A DNA stretch of 63,532 nt, filler included, from Craspedostauros australis (taxonomy: Eukaryota): NCBI GenBank assembly GCA_030167865.1. It is 12 parts of 12 records of this genome, joined end to end, with 100 filler letters (N's around TTAATTAATTAA, not from the genome) between each part and the next. Parts side by side here need not be neighbours in the genome. Positions count along the whole stretch, not along the records: positions 1 to 6,809 come from JALAGF010005175.1; positions 6,910 to 13,006 come from JALAGF010005179.1; 10 more parts are not named here. One strand, 5' to 3'. This document shows positions 1-13,006 of the stretch, one piece after another (positions within the stretch are counted from its first letter, which is position 1; every line of letters starts with the position of its first letter). The translations under genes were made by a program, and so were the position numbers. The notes below the pieces were generated by a model. That model saw nothing but the letters and a program-made list of their open reading frames with translations, did no database searches and was not told the DNA's origin.

Positions 1-253
1 GCTCATGAACCGAATCGAGCCGAAGTTCCACGATAACTTCATCACTCTTTTCGTTGAGTTCATGAACAGCAACTCGGCCAACTCTTTGGATGAACAAGAC
101 GCCCTCGCAGCCAAGATCCGTGAAGTCAACTGCAGACGTTTTCCAAACGAGAACGTTGGTCTCATGGCAGTCCACCTTCGTGCTCTTTGCAAGCGCCTCG
201 ACNNNNNNNNNNNNNNNNNNNNNNNNNNNNNNNNNNNNNNNNNNNNNNNNNNC

Positions 254-3200
254 TCTTGAAGATGCCACCAAGCACTTCGACGACTTCCATCTGAAGTGGG
301 ATCACTACGACGTCCAGAACAACGAGACAGCCTCAGTGTTCTTCCGTGACAGTCTTGATCCAGTCCTCGAAGACCAGCTCATGAACCGAATCGAGCCGAA
401 GTTCCACGATAACTTCATCACTCTNNNNNNNNNNNNNNNNNNNNNNNNNNNNNNNNNNNNNNNNNNNNNNNNNNNNNNNNNNNNNNNNNNNNNNNNNNNN
501 NNNAACTGCAGACGTTTTCCAAACGAGAACGTTGGTCTCATGGCAGTCCACCTTCGTGCTCTTTGCAAGCGCCTCGACGACGCCGGTCGCTTCGACCTTC
601 GTCTCCTCAGAACGATCCTCGATGCCTTCCTGCAGGCTGGAGGACAGATCCGGTCTGGTGAGCAGTACCGACGTCCTCTCTATGTGATGAAGGATGACCT
701 TGAGGAAATCCTCATGCGTCTCCCCGTCTTCACGTACGAGTATGCTCGCCCCAAGCTTGCCGCAAAAGACCTCACATGGATGGCTATCTGTAACAAGGCC
801 GAGTCGTCGTACGAGAACGAAGTGCGCGGAAATCGCTGGCACGCCATCAGGCGTACCAAAGATAACAACGTACCCAGGTACTCGTACGCCAACAACGTCG
901 TCCAGAATCCAAGCGCCAACGTCCTCGAGCAACACAAGGGTTTCTCCAAGAACGACGGAAAGAGAAACAACTTCAAGAAGCCCAAGGAACGGGACGCCAA
1001 ACGCAACGCCGGCCAAGGCTGGTCGTCCAAAGCTCCCAAGCCCGGTGAACCACAGCGCAAGCTTGTCAACGACAAGACGTTCATGTGGTGCGCCAAGTGT
1101 CGCCGCTGGCGTCTCTCGCATAACACCGAGAGCCACCAGGACAACTTCAAGTTCAAGGCGAAGGCAAAGGGCAAGCAAGCTCCCAAACAGGACAACCTCT
1201 CCATTGACATGGCTGCGTGGACATGCTTCACAGCCGCCTCCAGTCAAGACGAAGACACCTGGTGGTCTCTCGTCTGGAACCTCTTCACCTCCTTCAACTA
1301 CTTCGGTAGCATCGCTGGAATGGTTCTCCTCTTCGCTTCACTCCAAGTCATCACCATCGGAGTAGAGTATGGGTGGTACATCGCGGCAGCTAATGCCTGG
1401 ATGCTGATCGCCGTAACTCTACTACTCCTCCACACGAACGTTCCACGAAGACCCGACTCAATTAACTCTGCTGACCTAGTCTACAACAAGGCACGAGTCA
1501 AAGAACGGTTCAAGCAAGTGCACAAACGTCCCACACACTTCAATGGAGCTGTGAAACGCAGTCTCTACGACCTCGTGATGGAAAGCCTTGACCCAGATGG
1601 ACCCAAACCAGTGAACGTGTCGAAAGTGAACTCCCCACGGACAAAACGTGTGTGGCGTCCCCAGGCTCGGACCAAAACTCGCAATCACAGATCAAAACGT
1701 CGTCACTGGAATCAATCGAAAAATTCCACTTATGGTAAAAACCAAACACTCACGACAGCAAAATTGCCCCGCCAGGAAGGTCGCACCTCATCCATCTCAA
1801 GAAATCTCTGGAGCTTGTACCCAACTCGCGGAATTGACTTGATGTATGATCGAAATCAAAAGCAACAATGTGACAATGACATGCCAGCACTACTCACTCT
1901 GCAAGATCTAGCTTCCTACTTCTCCAATCGCAATGCTTTCGCATCTCCAGCTAAAGCTGAGAGTTATCTCTCACCCGATGCTCCATTCGAACTTGTATGG
2001 GACAGCGGAGCATCAATTTCTGTAACAAATGACCTCAACGATTTCTGTTCTACTCCAAGTCCTCCACCAAGACCGACCTTTCTCAACGGATTCCTCAAGA
2101 AAATCCAAGTGAATGCGTTGGGAACCGTCGAATGGTATGTCCTTGATGTAACTGGAAGCCCTCGCAAATTGCGACTGCCTGCCTTCCATGTTCCCGAGTC
2201 AAAGGTCAAGCTAATCAGCACTTCCAGTCTTCTTGAAGAATATCAGGGAGAAACGATCGTGTTCGACAAGTCCTCCTGCAAACTCAGCGGAATCCTGGGA
2301 AGTGACGATCGCAATGCAATCGTAGCGAACTACAAGAAATCCACAAGGCTGCCAACATCCGTCGGCTACAGCGCCGACAACATCCATGATGTGCCAGCTG
2401 CACTAACGTCCATCGTCTCTACCGTATCAGACCACAACGTGAATCTCACCCAACCGCAAAAGGAACTTCTTCGGTGGCACTATCGTCTCGGACATTTATC
2501 CTTCAGTCGAGTGAAGTTCCTGCTGCGTTCGGGTGCACTCACTGGGTCAGAATCGTCTAGAAAGATGCACACAGCTGCGGCAAAGGTCACAAGCCTTCCG
2601 CTCTGCGCCGCATGCCAATTCGGAAAGTTGCACCGTCGCCCCTCACCAGGAATAACTCAACATGTCATTCGTGACAAACAAGGAGTTTTGCGCACCGATC
2701 ACTTGTTCCCAGGACAACAAGTATCAGTGGACCACTTCGTCGGCCGAACGCCAGGACGCCTCTTCTCAGGACGAGGCAAAGGCGATCCAAACGAAATGTA
2801 CAAAGGAGGCGCCATCTTCGTCGATCACGCCTCCGGATACATTCATGTGGAACCAGTAGCAGCGCTAACCACACACGCCACTCTCGAAGCCAAGGAACGG
2901 TTCGAACTGATGTGTCGAGATGTGGGAGTCCCCGTGCGATCCTATCTATCGGATAACGCAACTACCTTCACCTCGCCCGAATACTCCAAACACCTTGAGA
3001 TATTTCATCAAGTCCATCGATTCGCAGGCGTCGGCGCACATCATCACAATGGAATCGCCGAGCGAAGCATTCGAACAATCGTCTCAATGGCCCGAACCAT
3101 GATGATGCATCAAAGCATTCATTGGCCAACAATGTTCGACGCTCAACTGTGGCCAATGGCCGTAGTGCATGCCGCGTATATCTACAATCGTGTACCTAAC

Positions 3201-6200
3201 CCCGCAACAGGTCTCACACCTTACGATGTTCTGTCGCGCATTCGTCTCCCCCTCAAGCAACTTCACAACCTGCACGTATGGGGCAGCCCAGTCTATGTCC
3301 TTAACAAAGCACTGGCTGACGGACGCAAGATACCTCGATGGGAACCAAGAGGAGAAAGATACGTGAACATGGGTCTCTCCACGAAGCATGCTTCAACCGT
3401 ACCTTTGGTTCTATCACCACGGACAGGTTCAATCACACCTCAGTTCCACGTTGTGTTCGATGACTGGTTCGCAACGATTGCTACCGACTTGAAGCAACTT
3501 CCAAGCTATCAATCGGAAGAATGGACTCGCATGTTTGGTGACACCACCTTTCAATATCCATTTGATGACGACGATGTGGAATCAATGGAGCAGGACGACA
3601 TCTTCGCTTCAGACACGCGAGACCACAACCGGTTACAACGCAACGACGACCATACTCCACCACCGCCAACCGAGACGCGAAACCAACAAACCGTTCGTGA
3701 AAGAGCGCCACAGGTATTAGCGAAAGAGTCGCAACCACTGACACAACAGATCCCGGATCTCATGAGTGACACTCTTGCCCCTCCAATGCCAGTCTCAGAG
3801 GGAGCCAACAGACCAACATCTTCGACAGAGGGAGCTATTGATGAGCCCCCGGTACCTGACCCTATTATAGAATCACAGGACCAGCGAACACTTCAACCGC
3901 AATTGGACTCACCTCTCCGAGAGTCACCAATCTCAAGGCCGACAACTCCATTACCACCTTCAGATCCGGCGCCAACTGAAACCGGTTCCACAACACCAAC
4001 CATGCCTACGCTTGAATCAATGCCAGTAAGACCTCGAAGCACGAGAAGTCGCAAACAACCAAAGCGATTCACGTATGCGCGCATGGGAGGCAAAGCCGCA
4101 TGGTTAGACGACGAAGATACCGATGACTACTACTTCTGTCCCGCAGTGGCCAGCATGGAAGAAATTGCACAGGAGGCAACAACCAGGGAACTACACCCTG
4201 ATTCTGCATCAATCATCACATTCTCACAAGCTGTCGTCGATTGCTTACACACAATTGAACCCCTTCAACGTGAAGGCAGCGACTCTCTCTCCATCGACTT
4301 ACACCAATTCAAGGTGGATGCCAACTACCTACTGCGCAGACTTCGACTCCAATTCAACACTTTGAATCCGCAACCAACCAACGTAGTCCTTCCAACATTC
4401 GCGCCAAAGGCGACTGAAGCAAGAGAAGACAGCATCAACATGGCCGATTGGTGGCAGCCGGATCCAGACAACATGGTCGAAGAGGGACCAACGCCATTCC
4501 AAGACGTCTACGAGGACTTCTACTCGGACATGGAGAGACACTTCGAAGTCGATCTTCACTGCGAGATTCGTTGCGACGACCTCAGGAGACAAGCGACTGA
4601 CTACGCTGTCGGCCAATTCGTCAACAGATTGAGCACTTTCATTCGAACCGGCACCATGAACCCCAGCTTCGATGCCTTTGACTACATGTCATCGGCCAAA
4701 CCTGAGCCATGGTCGTACCAGGATCCGGAATATTTGATGATGAAAGGTTTTCTTCCTCCCGAAAGCAGAATCAGTGGAAACACCTTCTTCAAAAGAACTC
4801 GCTCCGTGTGGAACGCCATCTCTGAGAATCATCACTATCGTCTCGCATTCGAACTACTCCGTCGCCAAGCCACGACCATCCGTCCAGGGCCATGGCCACA
4901 GCCAAGTGAATTCGAAGTCGAGAAGTTTGTCCAAGGGATGATCGAAACCAACACTGCACCTCTCAAGGTGGCTCCAGCAACGCGTGTCTCTGACAAAATT
5001 GGATCGACACTTGAAGTTGACCCATCGTCCATCCTGGACACAGCAACATGCATTCCAGAGCACGCATGGGCGAACATCGAACAACATGCTTACGCCGTCT
5101 CCATCATCGAGCCGCAACGAGACTCAACGAACTTCCCAACATACGTTGATGGACACATGATAAGTTACTTTGCGACAGGCGGCGACTTGGACATCACCGA
5201 ACGCTCATCCGTGTACAAGGCATCCAACAGTGACCCTGACACACTCTCCTTCGACGAAGCAATTCGCGACGACAACAAGGACGAATGGATGCAAGCAGCC
5301 CAAAAGGAAATCAAGGCCCTCACGGAAAAGGGAACGTGGGAAGAGATCCAAAAGGCCGACGTCGTCAACGATCGAATCTTCCCAGGGACCTGGGTCTTCC
5401 GCCGCAAGCGCTTGCCAGACGGGACAATCAAGAAATACAAGGGTCGCTGGTGTTGCCGCGGAGACCTTATGAATGAAGATGCATCCACCTACGCGCCAGT
5501 CGTGGCCTGGTCATCGGTTCGCGTTTTCCTGAGCACATCCATCGTGATGGGTTGGACAACCACGTCAATCGACTTCACCAACGCCTTCGTACAGGCCTCC
5601 ATCCACAAGCCTGTGCATCTCCACCTTCCTCGCGGTTTCAAATCAAGCAAAGGACCCAACACCTGTCTCCGACTCCGCAAGAGCCTCTACGGATTGACGA
5701 TCGCACCGCGCTTGTGGTACGAGCACCTCATCCGGGCCCTGATTACAGTCGGCTTCAAAGCCTGCGATCAAGAGCAATGCCTATTCATCAAGCACAACAT
5801 CATGATCGTTCTTTACATTGACGATGCAGGAATCGCCTCCAAGACCAAAAAGGATGCTGACGACTTCATTGCATCAATGCGTGAACTCGGGTTCGAGCTT
5901 ACCCAGGAAGGCAGCTTCACTGAATTCCTGGGGATTGAGCTCTGCCGCGACCCAAAGGCGGATACCGTCCATCTTCGACAACCAGGATTGATCAAAAAGA
6001 TCCTTGAGACAACAAAGATGTCGAACTGCAATCCATGCCCGGTACCTACTACCCAACTCGCAATCGGACAGTGCAAGGATGAACCAGCCATGAACGAGAA
6101 ATGGAACTACCGCTCTGTCGTCGGCATGCTGCTCTACCTCACAACGAACACTCGCCCCGATCTCGCCTTCGCAGTCTCCCAAGTCGCTCGCTTCGGACAC

Positions 6201-6809
6201 GATCCCCGCCGCTCACACGCCAAAGCTGTCAAGCGCATCATGCGCTATCTCAAGCACACGGAAACCATGGGCACCATTGTTCGCCCTACAGGGCAACTCG
6301 ATCTCAAGTGCTACGTGGACGCTGACTTCGCAGGCCTCTATCAACGTGAGGACAGCAAAGACCCGGTGTCGGTCAAGTCACGCACGGGATATCTCATCAC
6401 ATTGGGTGGATGCCCTCTCATTTGGAAGTCAAAACTCCAAACTGAGATCGCGTTATCCACGATGGAGTCCGAGTACGCCGCTCTCTCCCTGGCAATGCGA
6501 ACATTGATTCCCATCCAACAACTCATTCGCCAAGTGATCAACAACGCCGGCACCGACATGCCGCTGTACACCAACCTCCAATGCACTGTCTTCGAGGACA
6601 ACCAAGCCTGCATTTCCCTCGCCACCAATCATCAGCCGACCGCGCGCACCAAACACTTCTTAACCAAGTGGCACTTCTTTTGGTACTGGGTCAAGGCGGG
6701 CTTCATCTGCATTCAGCACATCTCTACGCCGGAGCAACTCGCCGACATCTTCACCAAAGGATTGTCCATCGTAGTCTTCGAATACCTACGATTCAAGATC
6801 ATGGGCTGG
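254..6809 (+). mobile_element. Ty1/copia LTR retrotransposon gag-pol ORF (diatom CoDi-like), 5' start lost in gap, otherwise uninterrupted
   Basis: One open frame with copia domain order: gag knuckle-like WCAKCRRWRLSHNTESH (~1086-1137); protease LVWDSGAS (~2001); integrase WHYRLGH...CAAC, VSVDH, DNA, GIAERSIRT; RT FPGTWVFRRKR, DFTNAF, LYGL, YIDD (~5814); RNase H YVDADFAG, ESEY, FEDN, ADIFTK. It ends IMGW at the contig edge. No LTRs lie on this contig. Confidence 0.96.
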
Positions 6810-6853
6810 NNNNNNNNNNNNNNNNNNNNNNNNNNNNNNNNNNNNNNNNNNNN

Positions 6854-6865
6854 TTAATTAATTAA
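6854..6865. other. Artificial contig linker TTAATTAATTAA flanked by N runs (stops in all six frames)
   Basis: The identical 12-mer between N runs recurs at 13051, 18007, 28983, 32461, 42525, 45020, 49456, 51480, 56870 and 59314. Confidence 0.98.
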
Positions 6866-7040
6866 NNNNNNNNNNNNNNNNNNNNNNNNNNNNNNNNNNN
6901 NNNNNNNNNCTTGGTGTGGGTGAGCGGTGGTTGATGGCCGGCTGTTGCGTTTTGTGGGGTGTGAGGGAGTGATCTAATTACTATAATAGTGGTAAAGACG
7001 TATCCCGTGAAGGCAACAGATGACTAACTAAATAAGTCGA

Positions 7041-7160
7041 ATGACGGCTATTAAAATCTAATGGCGGCTATTTGAGTCTAATGACGGCTATTTGAGTCGA
7101 GTGACGGCTATTTAAATCTAATGACGGCTATTTGAGTCGAATGACGGCTATTTAAATCTA
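7041..7160. repeat. 20-bp tandem repeat, at least 6 units, runs into a gap
   Basis: Consensus ATGACGGCTATTTRARTCKA, read directly with an exact 20-bp period. Confidence 0.92.
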
Positions 7161-8004
7161 NNNNNNNNNNNNNNNNNNNNNNNNNNNNNNNNNNNNNNNN
7201 NNNNNNNNNNNNNNNNNNNNNNNNNNNNNNNNNNNNNNNNNNNNNNNNNNNNNNNNNNNNNNNNNNNNNNNNNNNNNNNNNNNNNNNNNNNNNNNNNNNN
7301 NNNNNNNNTTCTCCCAACAGTGAAACTCGAAGCTATGACCTACGAAGAGTTCCTGAGAACGAAAATATGAATCGAGAACTTTCTTCTCGGGAAAACAGTT
7401 GTCATCGCCAATACAGAAAGCTCTGATTGGCTGGGTCAGTCACATCGCATATTGACTAATTCGACCCATTTTGCCGGGTGTCCCAGAATCGAAACGAACC
7501 CAACCTGCAAAAACACGACAAACCAATCAACGAAGATTTGCCAAACACAAAGATCCTCGTCTCGTGTCTCGAGAGGTCGTGACTTGATGACGCCACGCTC
7601 TCTCTCTGTCGAAGCGCGACTCAGAACGATCCAACGAGTCGTCCTTCCCGACATTGGCGAAGACCAATGTCGCATCGGAGTCGCACAGAATAGCGCATCG
7701 CGCAAGTCGACACTCACAAGGTTGGCCCAAGTTTTTGGCGAGTGTGTCGCCACTCCGCGTCTTGATTGCAAACCAACAAGGCGATCATACACAGCACGAC
7801 TTGCTCCATTGATGTGCCGCATCACTTGTACGCGGAAACTCAGGGTGCATGTTGTTGCCACCACCCTCCGACATTCACAATCACAACTCCTGCAAGTGTC
7901 CGCAACGCTCAACCATCACAAACACATTGGCATCAAGCAGCCACTCTGCAACCAGAGCAACAGCAACAGATCAACACACCACGGGCAACAAATAGACAAG
8001 CAAG

Positions 8005-9728
8005 ATGGATCCCGTTCAACTCTTCAAGTCGGTGTACTCCACTGTACTCCTCATCTTCTCGATCGCCATCGTCTGCGGACTCATCTTCAATGAGCAGACC
8101 AAGCTCTCCGCCGATGTGCATCCGGCTTTCGCCTTGCTCCTCATGATCGCCGCCCTCGTCTGGCTCAACATGGTCGAGGGAGGACAGGGCGCCCTCGTCG
8201 GTCTCCCACCAGTGGACCGCGACCTCTACGTCTACTCGCACCCAACCAGCCACCAGTCCACCTCCCTCGCCCACAAGGGTGACAACCTCGACCGTTACCT
8301 CATGGGACGTCAGTTCATGGTCCTCCTCATCGTTTTCTGCATCAACCAGTGCGGTGCCCCGCTCGCCGATGCCGAAGTCTTCGGACTCCCAGACATCATC
8401 ATCCAGATCTTCCTCGGATCCGGAGCCGCCATGATCCTCATGACNNNNNNNNNNNNNNNNNNNNNNNNNNNNNNNNNNNNNNNNNNNNNNNNNNNNNNNT
8501 ACATCAACAACTTCTTCGCCGTCTTCACCCTCTACGTCGCCCTCGCCATCGAGTTCTCCGGACTTCTGCACTCGTGCTACCTCGTCCAGATGTTCTTCGT
8601 CTGGGCCTCTGGCAAGGAAATCGAGTCCAAGGAACCACCACGCGACGGTGCCCAGAACCTCTTCTACTGGGGCCGCATCCTCATCTCCCTCGCCNNNNNN
8701 NNNNNNNNNNNNNNNNNNNNNNNNNNNNNNNNNNNNNNNNNNNNCGCATCCTCATCTCCCTCGCCATCCTGTGCTACGCCATGGCCGTCACCCTCGTCGC
8801 CCTCTTCGATGGAAAGACCACCATGTGGCAGGGCGTGCCAAACGGAGTCGCTGTCATCCTCTTCTTCCTCTTCATGTCCATCGTCGGTATGCTTGAGGGT
8901 ATGCAGATCGCCTTCTTCGCTGTCGCCAAGCTTCCAAAGGAGGATCGTGGAGACCACCCAATGGCCCGCAAGACCTGCGAGCTCCTCTTCCGTGGTGACG
9001 GACGCAACCTTCCAGGATTCATGATCGGGCGTCAGATCTGTGTGACCATGTGCTTCTTCATCATCGCCCGTGTCACCACCCTTGATGTCGAGGTCGGAAC
9101 CGGCGAGAACATCTTCGGAGTCTCCGACAGCACCCAGCAATTCTTCAACACCGGACTTCTCGGAGCCCTCATCACCACCATCATCGCCTCCATCACATGG
9201 CAGCTGGTTGCATCCGTCTTCCCAATCGCCTTCCTNTCCAACCCAATCGTCTACATCTTCCTCCAGTTCTGTCTGTTGTTGGAAGCCACCGGTATCTGCT
9301 CCGGAGCCTGGGTCCTTGCCTCCATGCACAAAGCCATTGCCGGATTTCAGCTCGATGAGGTGTACATCGGCACCCCAGAGGAGCGCGCCGCCGGCATGAA
9401 GCCCGACCACAAGAGCAACCGCAACCTACACCTTGGAACCAACGTCCTTGTCAACGAGGTCGGCGCCAGAACTGTCCCTGAGGAGTACCTCGAGATGCAG
9501 AGAGCATTGGCCGCAACCCCAGAACCATTCACAAAGCGCCGTCATTGTATACTACTGAAGATCAAGGAGATCCGCGAGCAGATCGACGAAGTTAAGCAGT
9601 GCGGTGGTGCTGACGGCGACGATGGCGTTAAGGTCCACGTCTTCGAGACCAGCCTGAAGCATGAGATTAACAAGCTGGATCGACTGAACAGGGAGGAGTG
9701 GCGGGACCTGGTCAACGGTCAACAGTGA
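8005..9728 (+). CDS. SIT: Silicon (silicic acid) transporter, diatom SIT family
   Basis: Paired SIT motifs MVEGGQ / LMGRQF and MLEGMQIAFFAVAKLP / MIGRQI, about ten hydrophobic segments, EVYIGTPEER and a C-terminal heptad region. The frame change at the 8695-8744 gap comes from the duplicated flank CGCATCCTCATCTCCCTCGCC. The CMLD motif is expected in the 8445-8499 gap, just before YINNFF. Confidence 0.97.
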
Positions 9729-11756
9729 GCCCTGCAGTGAGTTGAATCGTCCATTCACACATTGAACACGCGGAGAGCATACTAGACAATGGCATGGCCT
9801 GCCTATTCTACACACAATTACATGCACAATAACAATGTATACTTTTGAAACTGGAGAGTGGAGTCATAGTGAATGGCAGAACAGAGCCGAGTGCTTTCGA
9901 GGGTACTACTGTTGCTGTACCGTCCTATCGAAGCATGTGTTGTTGTCAAGAAAGGATACTCTCGAGACAGGTTCGTGAGGCTTCCCATTGTCAATCGCAC
10001 ATTCGAGACGCGACACGCCATCGGCCGCACAAGATCATGCTGATCCAAGACTGCTGACGCGCGGACTTCCACAGACACGCACTATCTCCTCTGTTTCTGT
10101 TCTTGTCTCCTCTGTTCTGCGAATACTTATTCTGTGGAGATAGACATGGAAAGAACTGAGAAAGAGTGCCGACGCACGAGTTCATCGTGATGTCAGGACA
10201 GGTTCAAGCTTGCTTGGCGTGGTGCAAAGAACGATCTGCTCTGCACGACTACAGGACAGTTGTTCAATGATCAGTCGCGACCCTGGAGGCGCGCTGCAAG
10301 GTTTGCGTGGAATGGTGCGTCTGCCCCTGTGGGATGATCACTTCTCCGAGTTGCATTCCCCCTCACTTCCCAAACAAATCGCAATCAGAGGTGACGTGGG
10401 GGCCTCGTGGTGCGACCTGGAGTCACCTGTAGACAGACAGAGAGAGAGAGAGAGAGAGCAACTCCCTTGGGATCTCTGGAGTTACATGCGAGCATGAGAG
10501 ATACGTGCACGAGGCAGATCATGCCCAATGTTCACCGCTCTTGACGCCGAAGGGCACAAAAAGCGACATCAAAGACATTGGACCGAGGAGGTTGCGTCGG
10601 TCCAACATCGCCAGATAAGACGCTCATCCACAATCTCGCACATTCTCCTTGCTGGTGCGGTTCCCGCTCGTGCGAGGATGAGCATGGCAGAGACCACATC
10701 AACCTTCACACCTGCACACGCGATTGCACAAGAGTTGTTGTACGGAAGAGAGAGTTCGATGCTGTGCTCGGACCACGCGCGCTCGACGTCCATCCGTTTC
10801 GTCCCAGTTTGTGGGCAAGAGCTCTCCAAGTTGCACCCGCATCCAAGACGTCCCCGCTCCATTCGCCCCTCTCGTGATCGGAGAATGCACGATTCGTGAT
10901 GTATTGGTATTGCCCAAGACCGATGTCTTCGTGATTCGATGTATTCGCTGCACGATCAAGTTGCCTGCGTGTGTCACCTTTTCTTAGCTGTGCTGAAACA
11001 TTTGAGCCCACTTTTTTATCTCTGCAACACCTTTGACGCGAATGCTCAGTCGCCTTCTCTGAGACGAAACGTTGAGGTCGGCTGGCTTTGATACCCTCCG
11101 AGTCTGCTTGGGCCGCATCGCAAAAAGTGGCACACTCTGCAAATGTCACCTTTTCTCGTCAAGAGTTGCCGTAGAGAGTTTGTGCGAGCGCAACAAGAGG
11201 GACAAGACAACAGAAAAAACGGGGCGTTTGTCTGCTTTGGGTATCGGAGCATACTCGAAAGTACCGATTCATGGGCTGTCGTCTTTCTTGCTTCTTGTTC
11301 TGCTCTACCACCATGCAACAGCCCCGCTCCCGGTTTCCGTATCCCTCCACGAACACTTGTGCACGATCTCTGGGTCGCTTGTCTGGAGAGAGCAGACGAG
11401 TGAAGTCGCCGTCGTTCTCGTTGTCGGCACTATCGCGAAGGCAATCCATCTCATGTATACTGTGCACACCATGATGCATGCTTGGGCTGATACTTGTTGC
11501 GATGAACAAAAAGTGAGGCGGTGCAAAGAAGACGAGGAAGACAGGGCGGCACCTCCCAAAGGACCTCCCCATCCGAACACAAGTAACTCATAATAACAAG
11601 ACAGCGAGGAACTCAAAGAGAAAGAGGTGGCCGACACGCAATCGCCACAAGTAGCCACATCTTGCATTCTGCGAATACCATCAAATCACATAATACAACA
11701 CTCAACCAACCGCAACACATTTCACCATCAGCAACCATCAGTAGCCTACAGCAACT

Positions 11757-13006
11757 ATGAGGGTGACATACCAACGACAACGAGGAGGCCTTTGGCAACA
11801 TAGACTTGTAGTCACCACCATAGTCTTGGTCCTGCTCCTGTTGTGCCAATCTATGCCAGGCAACGGTACGGGTGGCACTACTTTCGTGTCCGCCTCCCTC
11901 GATGAGGATGCCCTGGAGGTGCTCGAAGGCCCAGTGGAAGAGCCCATAGGCGACACATGGGATGTGCTGGATGAAGACAACGAAACGGACACCTCCGTGA
12001 TCTGCGAGGCGACGCCTGAGGTTTTCGAAACGGCTGCGTTCGTTCGTCTTAAAGGTGTCCCAGAAGACTTGAGCGACGAAGATAAGCAAATGCTGTCGGA
12101 GTCCTTTGAGATCGCCTACAACAACTTGGCGTCATGTCCCCAGCAGGGATCTGTGAGGTTGGTCAAGAACTGCAGGGTCGCCGACGTATCGACAGAAGTC
12201 AAAGGCTTTGCTGGGACATCTGGTGAGAAGAAGATGGAACAGAAGAAGCCTCGAAAGATGACTTTGGTTCTGGAGATGCTCCTGGAATGCAACAGCTGCA
12301 AGACCATCAATGTCGATGGCCTCGAACGCGCCGAGCTCTTCTTTGAGGACATCGACTTCGACGTCGATGCCAACGACAACAGCGACAACGACGCTCGTCG
12401 GCGGTTGGCTGATATCTCTGATGGGAACAACAATAATGATGGCGACGCCACACTTCGTTTGACTGATATCCTGGCCACCGCCGAGGACCGTGGCGTCCTC
12501 CTGTCTGATAACTCGGACAGTGCTGCCCAACCTTCCATCGCTCATCCAGGACAACACCCCGAACCACGAGACGCACCTACAAAGAAAGACATGCCACAGA
12601 AGAAAGGCGCAACTGCTGAGCGTACAGCCGACCATCTCGATCTTCATTCGCCAATATCTGATGCCAACAAGAACTCAAGCGGACGTCTGTCGTTTGCGAC
12701 GCACCGTATGCTCAAGAAGCACACATTGGAACCTGCCACGGTGAAGACCACGAAGAACTCGGACGAAGTGCAACCATCCACTCCTACAACAATCGCTGAC
12801 CCAACCCTCGAATCGCTCAGCAAGACAGTGACACCAGAGGATGCTGGCACAGAAGCCGAAAGCGCATGCCAGGATTGCCGTGGTCCCCGTCGGGGCGACT
12901 TCAAGGATGAGTTTATCACCGTGTTGGAACAGAAGATGGCAGAAGTTAGGCGATCCCGGGCATTGCAACGTGACGCCAGCACGGCAGCCGGACTCGAGAA
13001 GACGAG
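11757..13006 (+). CDS. Secreted or cell-surface hypothetical protein with RxL motifs, 3' truncated
   Basis: >415-codon ORF with a hydrophobic signal/anchor LVVTTIVLVLLLLC, acidic composition, spaced Cys (CPQQ, CNSC, CQDC) and motifs RRRL, RML and RAL. It runs into the contig end. Confidence 0.75.

Noticed and set aside
1..562. Apparent tandem duplication in copia gag
   Set aside because: 1-202 repeats 377-562 exactly across N gaps; assembly overlap.
6810..6909. Recurrent TTAATTAATTAA as a biological motif or piggyBac TTAA target
   Set aside because: Always embedded in N runs; it is a synthetic linker, so adjacency across it carries no meaning.
8674..8765. Frameshift or split SIT gene
   Set aside because: The same 21 bp flank both sides of a 50-N gap; merging them restores one frame.
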